Notes: generated by a model from the sequence alone, not told the origin. A stretch of 64,000 bases of DNA from an uncultured virus (IMG/VR IMGVR_UViG_3300006737_000026) (IMGVR_UViG_3300006737_000026); one strand, 5' to 3'. Shown: positions 39,295-49,338, counted from the stretch's first letter. Numbers and translations are program-made.

Positions 39295-39446
39295 AGAAGA
39301 CAAGATTTATTGTGACTTACCAAAGTGCTTTTGGTTTCTCACCTAGAGAAGAAAAAGTATTTGAAGATCACAAAGAAGCAGAATGGTTTGAACGTGCCAT
39401 GAAACGTTCTAATTACATCACAACATTATTGGAGGTCAACGAGTGA
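39291..39446 (+). CDS. hypothetical protein (51 aa)
   Basis: Coupled between g43 and uvs[17 protein letters not shown]... Confidence 0.6.
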   Translation: MKKTRFIVTYQSAFGFSPREEKVFEDHKEAEWFERAMKRSNYITTLLEVNE

Positions 39447-40453
39447 ATTTTTTGCAAGATGTAGTCAAGGAGATTGGCAATGAATATGCAGGACTTGTTA
39501 GCGATGGTGTCGCAGCAGGAGACACTTCTGGTTACATTGATACTGGTAGTTACATTTTCAATGCTCTGGTTAGTGGTTCAATCTATGGTGGAGTCCCCTC
39601 AAACAAGATCACTGCTATCGCAGGCGAGTCTTCTACTGGCAAGACTTTCTTTTGCCTTGGGATTGTACAGCATTTTCTTGAATCAAATCCCGATGCTGGA
39701 GTAATCTATTTTGAATCTGAGTCTGCTATCTCTAAGCAGATGATTGAAGATCGTGGTATTCCATCTGATCGTATGATGATTGTACCTGTATCTACTATCG
39801 AAGAATTTCGTACTCAGTCGTGCCGTATCCTTGACAAGTATATGGAACAAGACAAAGAAGATCGGCAACCCATGATGTTTGTTCTTGATTCTTTGGGTAT
39901 GCTTGCGAGCAACAAAGAGGTTGAGGATGTTGCGAACGATAAGCAGGTTCGTGATATGACAAAATCTCAGTTGATTAAGGGTGCGTTCCGTGTGTTAACG
40001 TTAAAACTTGGTAAAGCAAATGTCCCAATGCTGGTTACCAATCATACATATGATGTAATCGGTTCGTATATTCCTACCAAGGAAATGGGAGGTGGCAGTG
40101 GACTCAAGTACGCTTCATCAACAATTATATATCTATCAAAGAAGAAGGAAAAGGATGGTACAGAGGTTGTTGGTAATATTATCAAATGCAAAGCACACAA
40201 ATCAAGACTGACAAAGGAGAACTCACAGGTTGAAACACGTCTTTATTACGACCGTGGATTGGACAGGTATTACGGACTACTGGAACTGGGTGAGAAATAC
40301 GGAGTATTCGAGAAGCGGGGGAATAGGATCGTTGTTGGTGAATCTACTGTTTATCCTAAGTCTATACTCTCTAATCCCGAAAAATACTTCACGCCAGAAG
40401 TAATGCAAGCACTCGATGAAGCGGCATCTAAGGAGTTCCGCTATGGAAACTAG
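39443..40453 (+). CDS. uvsX: RecA-like recombinase UvsX
   Basis: [28 protein letters not shown]. Confidence 0.96.
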   Translation: MNFLQDVVKEIGNEYAGLVSDGVAAGDTSGYIDTGSYIFNALVSGSIYGGVPSNKITAIAGESSTGKTFFCLGIVQHFLESNPDAGVIYFESESAISKQMIEDRGIPSDRMMIVPVSTIEEFRTQSCRILDKYMEQDKEDRQPMMFVLDSLGMLASNKEVEDVANDKQVRDMTKSQLIKGAFRVLTLKLGKANVPMLVTNHTYDVIGSYIPTKEMGGGSGLKYASSTIIYLSKKKEKDGTEVVGNIIKCKAHKSRLTKENSQVETRLYYDRGLDRYYGLLELGEKYGVFEKRGNRIVVGESTVYPKSILSNPEKYFTPEVMQALDEAASKEFRYGN

Positions 40454-41036
40454 TTTCGATAAACTGTCTGACTATATCAAAATCTATGATGTCAATCAGA
40501 ATGGTGAATCAACAGAATTTTGTCACGACATTATCGCAAACTTTGAGTATGAAGATCACAACCAATCACCTGTAGATAGGGACAAGCGTCCCACGTTTAC
40601 AGAGATGAATATATCTCAGCAATACAATGAGAGGAATAGCCGTTGGATGGATATTCAGAAACAAACTCAGGATGTATTCGTCAAAGTCATCAATCAGTAT
40701 ATGGATGAATTGGATCTCCGTACAATGGATTTCCCTGCCAAGTATTGTTTTGAGGAATTTAGAGTCAAACGTTACCTAGACAATGGTAAAGATGAGTTTG
40801 CTGATCATGTTGATGTGGGTGACCACTCTTCTGCCAGGAGATTCTTGGTTGTCATGATGTATCTCAACGATGTCGAAGAAGGTGGCACTACAGATTTTCC
40901 AAAATTGGATATTGTGATTCCTCCCAAGTGTGGTAGAATAGTTGTGTTCCCTCCAACTTGGATGTATCGTCACGCAGGTCGCCCAGTAATCAAAGGAGCA
41001 AAATACATTCTTGGAACTTATTTGCACTACCTATGA
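40443..41036 (+). CDS. 2OG-Fe(II) oxygenase
   Basis: [38 protein letters not shown]. Confidence 0.9.
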   Translation: METSFDKLSDYIKIYDVNQNGESTEFCHDIIANFEYEDHNQSPVDRDKRPTFTEMNISQQYNERNSRWMDIQKQTQDVFVKVINQYMDELDLRTMDFPAKYCFEEFRVKRYLDNGKDEFADHVDVGDHSSARRFLVVMMYLNDVEEGGTTDFPKLDIVIPPKCGRIVVFPPTWMYRHAGRPVIKGAKYILGTYLHYL

Positions 41037-42412
41037 ATCTAGAAGCTACTATCTTGAGCAATCTCATTTGTAATGAGAAGTATGCTAGGAAGGTTCTGCC
41101 TTTCCTTAAGTCGGACTATTTCAACAATCGTCCCTATAAGATTATCTTTCTTGAGATTCATGAATACATCAGTCAATATGATGCATGTCCCAGTCTCAAC
41201 GCAATTAGTATAGAATGTCAGGAGAGAACTGATCTCAATGAAGAACAGTTCAAAGAAATTATTCAGGTTTTAAATGTCCTTTCCGATGATCCCGCAGACT
41301 ACGATTGGCTCGTTGATACTACGGAAAAGTGGTGTCAAGAACGTGCGATCTACCTATCTCTTATGGAGAGTGTCAAGATTGCTGACGGGCAAGATTCCAC
41401 GAGGGATAAAGGTGCTATTCCTCAAATCCTTTCGGAAGCGTTAGCAGTAGGATTCGATCAGAACGTTGGTCATGATTACATGGACAATGCTGAAGAACGA
41501 TTCGATTACTACCACCGTAAAGAAGATAAGATCCCCTTTGACCTTGAGTTTTTTAACAAGATTACTAAAGGTGGTTTGGTCAATAAGTCATTGAACATTG
41601 CTCTCGCTGGCACAGGTGTCGGTAAGTCTTTGTTCATGTGTCACGTTGCATCTGCATGTCTGCTTCAGGGCAAGAATGTTTTGTACATTACTTGTGAGAT
41701 GGCAGAAGAAAAGATTGCAGAACGTATTGACGCTAACCTTTTGAACATCAATATTCAGAAACTTGCAGATCTTCCTAAGTCAATGTTTAAGAAGAAGATT
41801 GCAAACCTTTCTAGCAAAACTCAGGGCAAACTTATAATTAAAGAATACCCTACGGCATCTGCACATGTCGGACATTTTAAGTCTCTTATTTCTGATCTTG
41901 CTCTTAAGCGGAGCATTAAACCAGATATTATCTTTGTGGATTACCTCAATATCTGTGCTTCCCAGAGATATAAAGGGAGCGTTGTCAATTCATACACATA
42001 CGTCAAATCAATCGCAGAAGAACTTCGGGGCATGGCAGTTGAGTGTAACGTACCTATTGTATCTGCTACGCAAACCACCCGTTCAGGTTTCGGTAGCACT
42101 GATGTTGACATTACTGACACTTCTGAATCCTTCGGTCTCCCTGCTACTGCTGATCTTATGTTTGCCCTTATTAGCACGGAGGAGCTTGAGGGTATGAATC
42201 AAATCATGGTCAAGCAACTCAAGAATCGTTATAATGATCCGACGATGAACAAACGATTCTGCATAGGGATTGACAGAGCGAAGATGAGGTTGTATGATGT
42301 AGAGGAATCTGCACAAGAAGACCTAGTTGATGCTGGTCAAGAACAAGAAAAAGCAGATCTAGTAAAACGTTTCACAGCAAAAAAATCTTTTAAAGAACTT
42401 AAGTATGACTAA
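41033..42412 (+). CDS. g41: replicative DNA helicase gp41
   Basis: AGTGVGKS, IIKEYPT, VDYLNI, SATQTTRSG. Confidence 0.97.
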   Translation: MNLEATILSNLICNEKYARKVLPFLKSDYFNNRPYKIIFLEIHEYISQYDACPSLNAISIECQERTDLNEEQFKEIIQVLNVLSDDPADYDWLVDTTEKWCQERAIYLSLMESVKIADGQDSTRDKGAIPQILSEALAVGFDQNVGHDYMDNAEERFDYYHRKEDKIPFDLEFFNKITKGGLVNKSLNIALAGTGVGKSLFMCHVASACLLQGKNVLYITCEMAEEKIAERIDANLLNINIQKLADLPKSMFKKKIANLSSKTQGKLIIKEYPTASAHVGHFKSLISDLALKRSIKPDIIFVDYLNICASQRYKGSVVNSYTYVKSIAEELRGMAVECNVPIVSATQTTRSGFGSTDVDITDTSESFGLPATADLMFALISTEELEGMNQIMVKQLKNRYNDPTMNKRFCIGIDRAKMRLYDVEESAQEDLVDAGQEQEKADLVKRFTAKKSFKELKYD

Positions 42413-42815
42413 GAAAGTAAACACTGATGCCTATCTGGAATTTGTCAATGCAGTTACATCACAACCATCCAAAGATCATGAAGCGTTTGTCTATCGTATT
42501 CAAGAACTCAATGGGCAGGATTTTCATGCTGAAAGACTGCTTACTGCTGCAGTTGGTGCGTGTGCCGAAGCTGGTGAATTCACTGAGATTGTGAAGAAGA
42601 TTGTATTCCAAGGCAAACCTGTCAATGAAGACAATCTGTTTCATATGAAACGTGAATTGGGTGACATCATGTGGTATGTTGCTCAAGCATGCATGGCACT
42701 GAATGTTAGTATTGATGAGATCATTGCTATGAATGTAGAGAAACTTGCAGCACGATATCCTGATGGTGCATTTGATGTGTATCATTCAGAGAACCGTCAG
42801 ACAGGAGATGTATAG
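42405..42815 (+). CDS. mazG: MazG-like nucleotide pyrophosphohydrolase
   Basis: AEAGEFTEIVKK, ELGDIMWY, NVEKLAARYP. Confidence 0.92.
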   Translation: MTKKVNTDAYLEFVNAVTSQPSKDHEAFVYRIQELNGQDFHAERLLTAAVGACAEAGEFTEIVKKIVFQGKPVNEDNLFHMKRELGDIMWYVAQACMALNVSIDEIIAMNVEKLAARYPDGAFDVYHSENRQTGDV

Positions 42816-43014
42816 TCTCTGGATACACCTAGTAGCATTCTTTCAGGTGGTTGTCATGAATTGTGTTCAACCTGTTAACTGGAAGTATTGCTACAGGGTG
42901 GATCAATGGTTAGTCCCTGAGGTGATTGAAGGTTATCAAATCTGGTCAGGGCAGAAACAAATATACCAGACTGAAGAAGATTATCTAAATAGTCTGGACG
43001 ACCCTTTAGAGTAG
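42808..43014 (+). CDS. hypothetical protein
   Basis: AGGAG RBS; MYSLWIHLVAFFQVVVMNCVQPVNWKYCYRVDQWL. Confidence 0.6.
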   Translation: MYSLWIHLVAFFQVVVMNCVQPVNWKYCYRVDQWLVPEVIEGYQIWSGQKQIYQTEEDYLNSLDDPLE

Positions 43015-43015
43015 A

Positions 43016-44704
43016 ATGACTGTCGCACAAGACTTAAAAGACAATCTTGATAAGATTTTTAAGGGACCTTATAGTCTTAAAAAGTTTTTTGATTCTGTAT
43101 CTACATCTGGAGAAAGAGAAATTGACAGTTGGGATTCAGAATCCACAGAGATGGTAAAGACTCCCTCTGGTACTAAGTTAATTTTAGTTCCACGCATCAA
43201 AGTAAAGACTGAAAGAAACTGGTTGCGTGGAAAGATTAAAGAATTTTGTGAAGAGAATCAACAGAATATTATTACTAACATCAGAGAAGTTGTAAAACTT
43301 GAAGGTGTATATGACTGGAAGTTTTACGAAGATGTTATTGCAGGAACTGGATTAAAATCTTTTATTATTACTGGCACTCTTGAGGGTAAAGCAAGACCTG
43401 CTCTCACGATTGCATTTCAATCCAAAGGTCTCTCTAATGGCGCTGGTGGCAAGAGAGAAGATCCTCATGAATTGATGACTGCATGTTTGATTCTCATGAA
43501 AAAGAAAGTTGATTTTAATTCAATCAACGGTAAGAAAGATGGTGAAAGATATCAAGCATATAAACAAATCGTAGATCAATTATCTGCTACTGCTACTCAG
43601 ATTGTTGGAGCAGCAGGACTGGCAGGATTTTATATTGATCCTAGAGAGAAACAAGAACCTGATCTTGTTAACTTAGCAAAGGCAATCTCTGTATCAAACT
43701 ATGTGATTGATTTGCTTGGCAGTGCTAAGGTAGAAGCAGTCTGGCAGACAGGAACAAAGTGGGCACAAGAGATTAAAAAATATGATGTTGGACCAAGTAC
43801 AATTAAAAATTACAACTCTTCTGATATCATCGTAAAATTTACCACTGCTGGAAAGGGTGGTGCTACTCATTACTGGGGATTGTCACTTAAGAAAGCAGGT
43901 ATCAAAGATCCAGAACCAACACTGTTGAACAAACCTGCATTTGGTTCAAAGGGATTCATTGAGAAGAAGATGGAACCTTCTGATGTAAAGAAAGTAGAGG
44001 ATGCTAAGAAGAAATTTTTTGCTGGTGCTCTAAAAATTAAGACAGGATCAACAACACTCAAAAAGAAAAGAATTGATGGTTTGCCTATTAAGGAACTATT
44101 GAAAGAAGCGAACAATATGTTCACTGATACAGAAGAAAAGAGTGAGATGCTAACGGGACGTGGTAAATACCAACCCAATAAGAACATCTACTTTGAAGCA
44201 ATGCATAAGGCATTCATGAAGTTTGATAATGATAGAGAATTCTTTGAAGAGTTTCTAGATACTATCTTCAAAATTAACTTGCAAACATATCTACAAGATA
44301 CTTCATTTCATTTTAGTTTAATCACTGGCCGCGGCGACTATAAGGATGGTAAAATCTTAGAAGTCACTCCACCTAGTGAGAAAGAAGGTAGAACTACTTC
44401 CGAAGTATTCAGACAAATTTTTGGTGACTCTGATAATACACAGTTCCGATTGATTCCCAATAGAACTAATAAATCAGATATGAAAAAGATGGCATTTGAA
44501 GAAGGTGCAACAGCAGCAAAACTTTTTTATGAGATGGCAATCGGTCCTAAGAATAGGGAGCATAGTATTGTAATGTTAGAGGTAAGATATAAGGGTGCGT
44601 TAACATCAGAACCTCAGTTTCAGGTGTTCATGAGTACAAAGAAGAATGGATTCTCGGATCTGTATAAAAAGTACGTCAAGGCGAACGCTATCCAACGCTG
44701 GTGA
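43016..44704 (+). CDS. large hypothetical protein, possible PD-(D/E)XK nuclease
   Basis: DPHELMTA...NSSDIIVK...WGLSLKK pattern; CTAAATA upstream. Confidence 0.55.
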   Translation: MTVAQDLKDNLDKIFKGPYSLKKFFDSVSTSGEREIDSWDSESTEMVKTPSGTKLILVPRIKVKTERNWLRGKIKEFCEENQQNIITNIREVVKLEGVYDWKFYEDVIAGTGLKSFIITGTLEGKARPALTIAFQSKGLSNGAGGKREDPHELMTACLILMKKKVDFNSINGKKDGERYQAYKQIVDQLSATATQIVGAAGLAGFYIDPREKQEPDLVNLAKAISVSNYVIDLLGSAKVEAVWQTGTKWAQEIKKYDVGPSTIKNYNSSDIIVKFTTAGKGGATHYWGLSLKKAGIKDPEPTLLNKPAFGSKGFIEKKMEPSDVKKVEDAKKKFFAGALKIKTGSTTLKKKRIDGLPIKELLKEANNMFTDTEEKSEMLTGRGKYQPNKNIYFEAMHKAFMKFDNDREFFEEFLDTIFKINLQTYLQDTSFHFSLITGRGDYKDGKILEVTPPSEKEGRTTSEVFRQIFGDSDNTQFRLIPNRTNKSDMKKMAFEEGATAAKLFYEMAIGPKNREHSIVMLEVRYKGALTSEPQFQVFMSTKKNGFSDLYKKYVKANAIQRW

Positions 44705-44757
44705 CACCTGACAAACTGTCCTAAATCATGACCGACTCGACCCTGACGTGCTATAAT
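44701..44757 (+). promoter_or_regulatory. early-type promoter: palindrome plus extended -10
   Basis: GTGACA-N10-TGTCCT, then 29 nt to TATAAT with a TG extension. Confidence 0.65.
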
Positions 44758-44781
44758 AATGGTATAGACACAGAGGAACAC

Positions 44782-45705
44782 TTGCCTAACAAGCACCTAG
44801 ACCACCTGGAAGATCTGATCTTCGTAGGTCGCAAGGAAGCATTGAATGCAGTCCGTACTGCTCTCAGCAAACCCAAACTCAGCGTCAAGTGGGACGGTGC
44901 TCCTGCTATCGTGTTCGGTACTAACCCTGCAAATGGCAAATTCTTCGTCGGAACCAAATCCGTTTTCAATAAGGTCAAGGTCAAGATCTGTTATTCTCAG
45001 GAAGATATTGACCAACTTTACAAAGGCAACGTTGCGGACATTCTTCGCTTATGCCTTCACAATCTTCCTCGTCTCAGTGGAATTTTCCAGGCTGACTTCA
45101 TCGGAGTCGGAGGCGGCAGTGTGTATCGCCCTAATACTCTGGAGTATCGCTTTTCCACTCCGACTTCTCGCGATATTATCCTTGCTCCACATACTTCTTA
45201 TACCGAAGTTTCTCCGACTGCTGATGGGCGTGGCGGCGTCAATCTACTGTCTGCATTGGGCACTCACTTTGTAGGTCTCGATGAGGCAAATGCAAAGATC
45301 AGAAAGAATCCTAAGTTCAACTGGATCAAGTTTCTCTTCATGTTAACTCAGTGCAAGATTCCTAGTGCCAGTGCTCGCCCACATATATACAAGCATATCA
45401 ATAAGTTCATTCGTTCAGGATCGCTGCCCTCAGCAGAAGTTTTGTGCGATACGCTACCTGATAAATATAAGTGTGAAGTTAATCAAACCACTTTTCAAGT
45501 GTGGTATATGATCTTCCTATTGAAACAGTCTTTGCTTTCAAACATTGTTGTCGATGGTACTGTGAAATGTTTTCTGAATGGCAAACCTGCTCAACACGAA
45601 GGGTTTGTTACTGTTTCAGATAAACCTTACAAGATTGTAGATAGACTGACCTTTAGTAAAGCAAACTTCAACCTAGATAAAAATTGGACGAATGAAAAAA
45701 TTTAG
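44782..45705 (+). CDS. ligase/capping-enzyme-fold nucleotidyltransferase-like protein (DUF6267-like)
   Basis: TTG start after GAGGA and downstream of the promoter; SVKWDG (KxDG), IFQADF, HEGFV, YKIVDR. Confidence 0.65.
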   Translation: MPNKHLDHLEDLIFVGRKEALNAVRTALSKPKLSVKWDGAPAIVFGTNPANGKFFVGTKSVFNKVKVKICYSQEDIDQLYKGNVADILRLCLHNLPRLSGIFQADFIGVGGGSVYRPNTLEYRFSTPTSRDIILAPHTSYTEVSPTADGRGGVNLLSALGTHFVGLDEANAKIRKNPKFNWIKFLFMLTQCKIPSASARPHIYKHINKFIRSGSLPSAEVLCDTLPDKYKCEVNQTTFQVWYMIFLLKQSLLSNIVVDGTVKCFLNGKPAQHEGFVTVSDKPYKIVDRLTFSKANFNLDKNWTNEKI

Positions 45706-46849
45706 TGCTTTCCTAACTGAAGCCGAGCGTTCCTTTGCATCAAAGAGCGCAGAACAATTAAAACTTAAGCATATTGGGTATGGTAGATATGCGGACCCTT
45801 CGGGGAACATTACCCATATGTCTAAGGATGGAAAATTAGTAAGAATTGATCCGAATAATGACCCAGGACCCCAACAATCAGCAGGCGGAGAAGAAACTGC
45901 AGATGGCGAGGGTTCGGTCGATCAAGGTGCAATATCTATTACATTTGGAAGATTTAATCCACCTACTGTTGGGCACGAGAAACTTCTTGCAAAAGTAGCA
46001 AGAGAGGCAAAAGCAAGTGGAGGAGAGTATAGAATATACCCCTCAAGGTCGCAGGATCCTAAGAAGAACCCGCTCGACCCAGGCACGAAAATTAAGTATA
46101 TGCGGCTTGCATATCCAGATCACGCCAATGCGATTAATGATAATGATGACATGCGTACCATTTTTGACGTTCTCAGTGCCCTCGATGCTGACGGGTATAG
46201 CAGCGTTAATATTGTGGTCGGCGGTGATAGGGTCAGTGAGTTTAACTCCCTAGCAACAAAGTATAATGGTGACCTATATAACTTCGATGAAATCAAAGTA
46301 ACTTCTGCTGGTGGTCGCGACCCTGATTCTGAAGGTGTGGAAGGCATGTCAGCATCTAAGTTGCGTAAAGCAGCAGTAGAAGGTGATGAAGAATCATTCT
46401 ATAAGGGTCTATCTAAGAACCTTTCTAAGAAAGATAGAGAAGCATTGTTCCTGACACTTCGTCAGTCGATGCAAGTATCTGAATCGTTTGATGACTTTGC
46501 AGAAGCATCATATGATTTGTATGAAATCGCTCCTAGATTAGATCCTCAAGGTCTGCGTGAAGCGTATTTCGATAGTAATTTATTTTCAGTGGGGTGCTTC
46601 ATTGAGAACGTCAGCACAGGGCTCATTGGTAAAGTTGTTAGTCGCGGCAGCAATTATGTCATCTATATTGATGAGCATGACAATGTATATCGCGCTTGGT
46701 TGAAAGACCTGGTTGAAAGAAACGACATCAAGTATTTTAATTTCACTCCAGCAGGAGAAATGGGTACTGATAAGTTGGCAAACTATATGCGTAAACTTAC
46801 TCCTGGTGAGTTTATTCGTAAGATAAATAAAAAGGACAAGGATGCTTAG
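45692..46849 (+). CDS. cytidylyltransferase-like (HxGH) nucleotidyltransferase
   Basis: FGRFNPPTVGHEKL, VVGGDR, MSASKLR. Confidence 0.85.
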   Translation: MKKFSAFLTEAERSFASKSAEQLKLKHIGYGRYADPSGNITHMSKDGKLVRIDPNNDPGPQQSAGGEETADGEGSVDQGAISITFGRFNPPTVGHEKLLAKVAREAKASGGEYRIYPSRSQDPKKNPLDPGTKIKYMRLAYPDHANAINDNDDMRTIFDVLSALDADGYSSVNIVVGGDRVSEFNSLATKYNGDLYNFDEIKVTSAGGRDPDSEGVEGMSASKLRKAAVEGDEESFYKGLSKNLSKKDREALFLTLRQSMQVSESFDDFAEASYDLYEIAPRLDPQGLREAYFDSNLFSVGCFIENVSTGLIGKVVSRGSNYVIYIDEHDNVYRAWLKDLVERNDIKYFNFTPAGEMGTDKLANYMRKLTPGEFIRKINKKDKDA

Positions 46850-48509
46850 TAACATGAATCTCAAAGATCTTCCCGATATGTCAGATGCACTCAAGGCAGT
46901 GCAGATGTATGAAAAGAAAAAATTAGACCCCGTTGGCAAGGAAGATGGTGACATCGATAACGACGGTGATGTTGATTCGTCTGATTCATATCTGAAGAAT
47001 CGCCGTAAAGCAATCGGCAAGGCAATTAAGAAAGAAGAAGTTGAAGTAGAAGAAGGTTATAAAGGTAAGCACGGTCAGTCTGACAAAGAGTATGCTGCTT
47101 CCCGCTCTCAGGGTGGCAAGATGATCTCTGGCGATGACAAGATGAGTGGTGCTGAATACACCCACGGTCGCAGAGTCAAGGCAGCAAACCCTGGTATGCA
47201 ACCTGACGTAGGTGGCAAGACCAAACCCAAGTCACAGGGTAAGATGGACAGAGGCACCCGTGCTGATCTCCAGTATCGTAAGGCAAACCTCAAGAAAGAG
47301 GAAGTTGAGAGTGTAGAAGAAGGTAAGTTCAGCGGATCTAAGTCCCACATCCAACGTGATGGAACTGCTTCTGCTCCCGAAAGAACTGCTGCTGAGCGCA
47401 AAAAGGATCGTCGTATCCTTGCTGGTTATGGCAAAGGTGGTATGCAAGATGCAGTCGCTCGTGCAAAGAAAGAGCGTGATGAGAGACGTGCTGCTCGTAA
47501 AGAAGCATTTGCATTCTCTGAGGAAGAGTTTGAATTATTTGAACAGTACGGTGAAGAGATTGATGCACTGACTGATGAGCAACTGATTGATGTAATGGAA
47601 GATTACATCATCGAAACTGCTGAGGATATTGATGATCTGATTGAAATCTGTGAGCACCTTGACGCTGTTGAGATGTTAACAGAGGAAGAGCGTGACGCTG
47701 GTGCAATGGCACGAGCAAAACTCAACAAACCTGCTGGTCCTTCCCGCATGGATCGTATCAAGTCTGCTGCTAAAGAAGCAGGTTCTAGACTGAAAGCAGG
47801 TGCTGAAAAGGCAGGTGCTGCTGCTAAGAAAGGTATTAAGGCAGCAGGTAAGTCTGTATCAGCAAACGCTGGTAAGGCAGTTGGAACTTTCCAAGCAAAT
47901 AGAATCAAAGCAAAGAGAGCAGAACTTTCTAAACCTGCTGAGAAGAAACCAGCACCTAAGTCTTCATCTAGCGATGATGATGGAACTGGTGGTAAGTTGG
48001 ATAAACTGCTGGCAAAAACCAGGGGCACAAGCAGCAGTTCAAGTGGTGGTTCATCCTCTGGTGGTGGCGGGGAATCTTCTAGCAGCAGTGGAGGTAGTTC
48101 CTCTGGTGGTGGTGAGAAGAAACCTGGTCTTCTCAGAAGAATTGGTGGTGCTATCAAGCGTGGTCTGAAGAAAGCAGTCGGCAAAACATCCCGTCTGGTA
48201 TCCAAGGGCAGCGACAAACTTGCTAAGCGTCTTGGTGAAGATTATGACACCATCGCACATCTCCATGAGTCTGGTCTCTTCTCACTTGAGGAGATTGAGA
48301 ACATCGTTGAGATGAGATTCGATGATGGTCCTGAGGGAACTGCTAAGAGAAAGAAGGCGCTTGAGAAAAAGCGCGGTATGAAACTTGATGGTCATCCTCA
48401 GTTTGATACAAAGCGTGGTGCAATGGCATATGATGGTCCTAACAAGGCAGCATCAGACGCTAAGGATCGCGTCATCGCAAAAACAAAAGCAAAGCGCGAG
48501 GGTAAGTGA
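46842..48509 (+). CDS. modular charged protein, probable internal head protein
   Basis: Basic modules separated by EEVEVEE-type spacers, DxDxDG motif, Ser/Gly tract; ATAAATA upstream. Confidence 0.6.
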   Translation: MLSNMNLKDLPDMSDALKAVQMYEKKKLDPVGKEDGDIDNDGDVDSSDSYLKNRRKAIGKAIKKEEVEVEEGYKGKHGQSDKEYAASRSQGGKMISGDDKMSGAEYTHGRRVKAANPGMQPDVGGKTKPKSQGKMDRGTRADLQYRKANLKKEEVESVEEGKFSGSKSHIQRDGTASAPERTAAERKKDRRILAGYGKGGMQDAVARAKKERDERRAARKEAFAFSEEEFELFEQYGEEIDALTDEQLIDVMEDYIIETAEDIDDLIEICEHLDAVEMLTEEERDAGAMARAKLNKPAGPSRMDRIKSAAKEAGSRLKAGAEKAGAAAKKGIKAAGKSVSANAGKAVGTFQANRIKAKRAELSKPAEKKPAPKSSSSDDDGTGGKLDKLLAKTRGTSSSSSGGSSSGGGGESSSSSGGSSSGGGEKKPGLLRRIGGAIKRGLKKAVGKTSRLVSKGSDKLAKRLGEDYDTIAHLHESGLFSLEEIENIVEMRFDDGPEGTAKRKKALEKKRGMKLDGHPQFDTKRGAMAYDGPNKAASDAKDRVIAKTKAKREGK

Positions 48510-49129
48510 TGTTATCATTCTCACAATTATCAGAGAAAAAAACAAAAGTCAAGATAAATCCTAAGAAAGAGGATGTCATGGAATGCCCTGACAAGTCTCG
48601 CAATCATGGAGATGACTGTGATTGTAAAAAGTGCGAAAAGAAACGTCGCGCTGAAGAACTTGGTGATGAAACAGAAGTATCTACGGAGGAAACCGCCTAT
48701 GTCAGTCAAGAAGAAGTTTCAGAAGAAAGCGATCAAAGCATCGATCAAGAAGAAACTTCGACATTGCTGACGTTCGGTCAATTCAACGAAGCAACCCGTC
48801 TCAAGAAAGAGAAGGGATATGATAAGGGTGGCACCAGGAAACCTACTGGTGGCAAACCAACTGCCATGGATCTTGTGAGAGCATCAATTACCAAACAATA
48901 TGGTAAGGGTGCTATCATGGGTAGCGGTGGTAGTAAACAAAAGAAAAAAGAGAAGGGTGCCAAGTCTGATGCTGGTACTGGAAAGTACAAGAAGATGTCA
49001 GACAATAGAAAGGCAGCAGACGCCAAAGCAAAGAAAGCAGGTTTCAAAGACAGGCAATCTTATGCTGATACCATGGCTCGCTATGGTGGTGAGGACAACT
49101 ATAAGAAAGGTCGCGGACTCGGTTCATGA
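48506..49129 (+). CDS. probable internal head protein
   Basis: MLSFSQLSE N-terminus, HxxxCxCxxC, internal LLTFGQFNE, basic C-terminus. Confidence 0.55.
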   Translation: MMLSFSQLSEKKTKVKINPKKEDVMECPDKSRNHGDDCDCKKCEKKRRAEELGDETEVSTEETAYVSQEEVSEESDQSIDQEETSTLLTFGQFNEATRLKKEKGYDKGGTRKPTGGKPTAMDLVRASITKQYGKGAIMGSGGSKQKKKEKGAKSDAGTGKYKKMSDNRKAADAKAKKAGFKDRQSYADTMARYGGEDNYKKGRGLGS

Positions 49130-49338
49130 CAAACGAAGAACTTGCCCATCTTAAAAAAGAGAAGGAGCATAAAGAACGTGACGCTCGCATGAAATATGGC
49201 AAGCGTTACAAAGAAATTGTTTCTCAGGGCGAAAAGGCAAAGGAAAAACTATACACGACAACCAGAACTAAAGGTGTTCGTTTCTACGATAAGAAAGGTT
49301 CTGGTTACATGAAAGGTGGTAAGAAAACATACGATTGA
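49126..49338 (+). CDS. basic hypothetical protein
   Basis: ATGA-coupled Lys-rich ORF. Confidence 0.6.
   Translation: MTNEELAHLKKEKEHKERDARMKYGKRYKEIVSQGEKAKEKLYTTTRTKGVRFYDKKGSGYMKGGKKTYD

Noticed and set aside
48030..48113. Ser/Gly near-tandem repeat as a CRISPR or other DNA repeat array
   Set aside because: In-frame low-complexity coding with synonymous variation; I saw no repeat-spacer array anywhere in the window.
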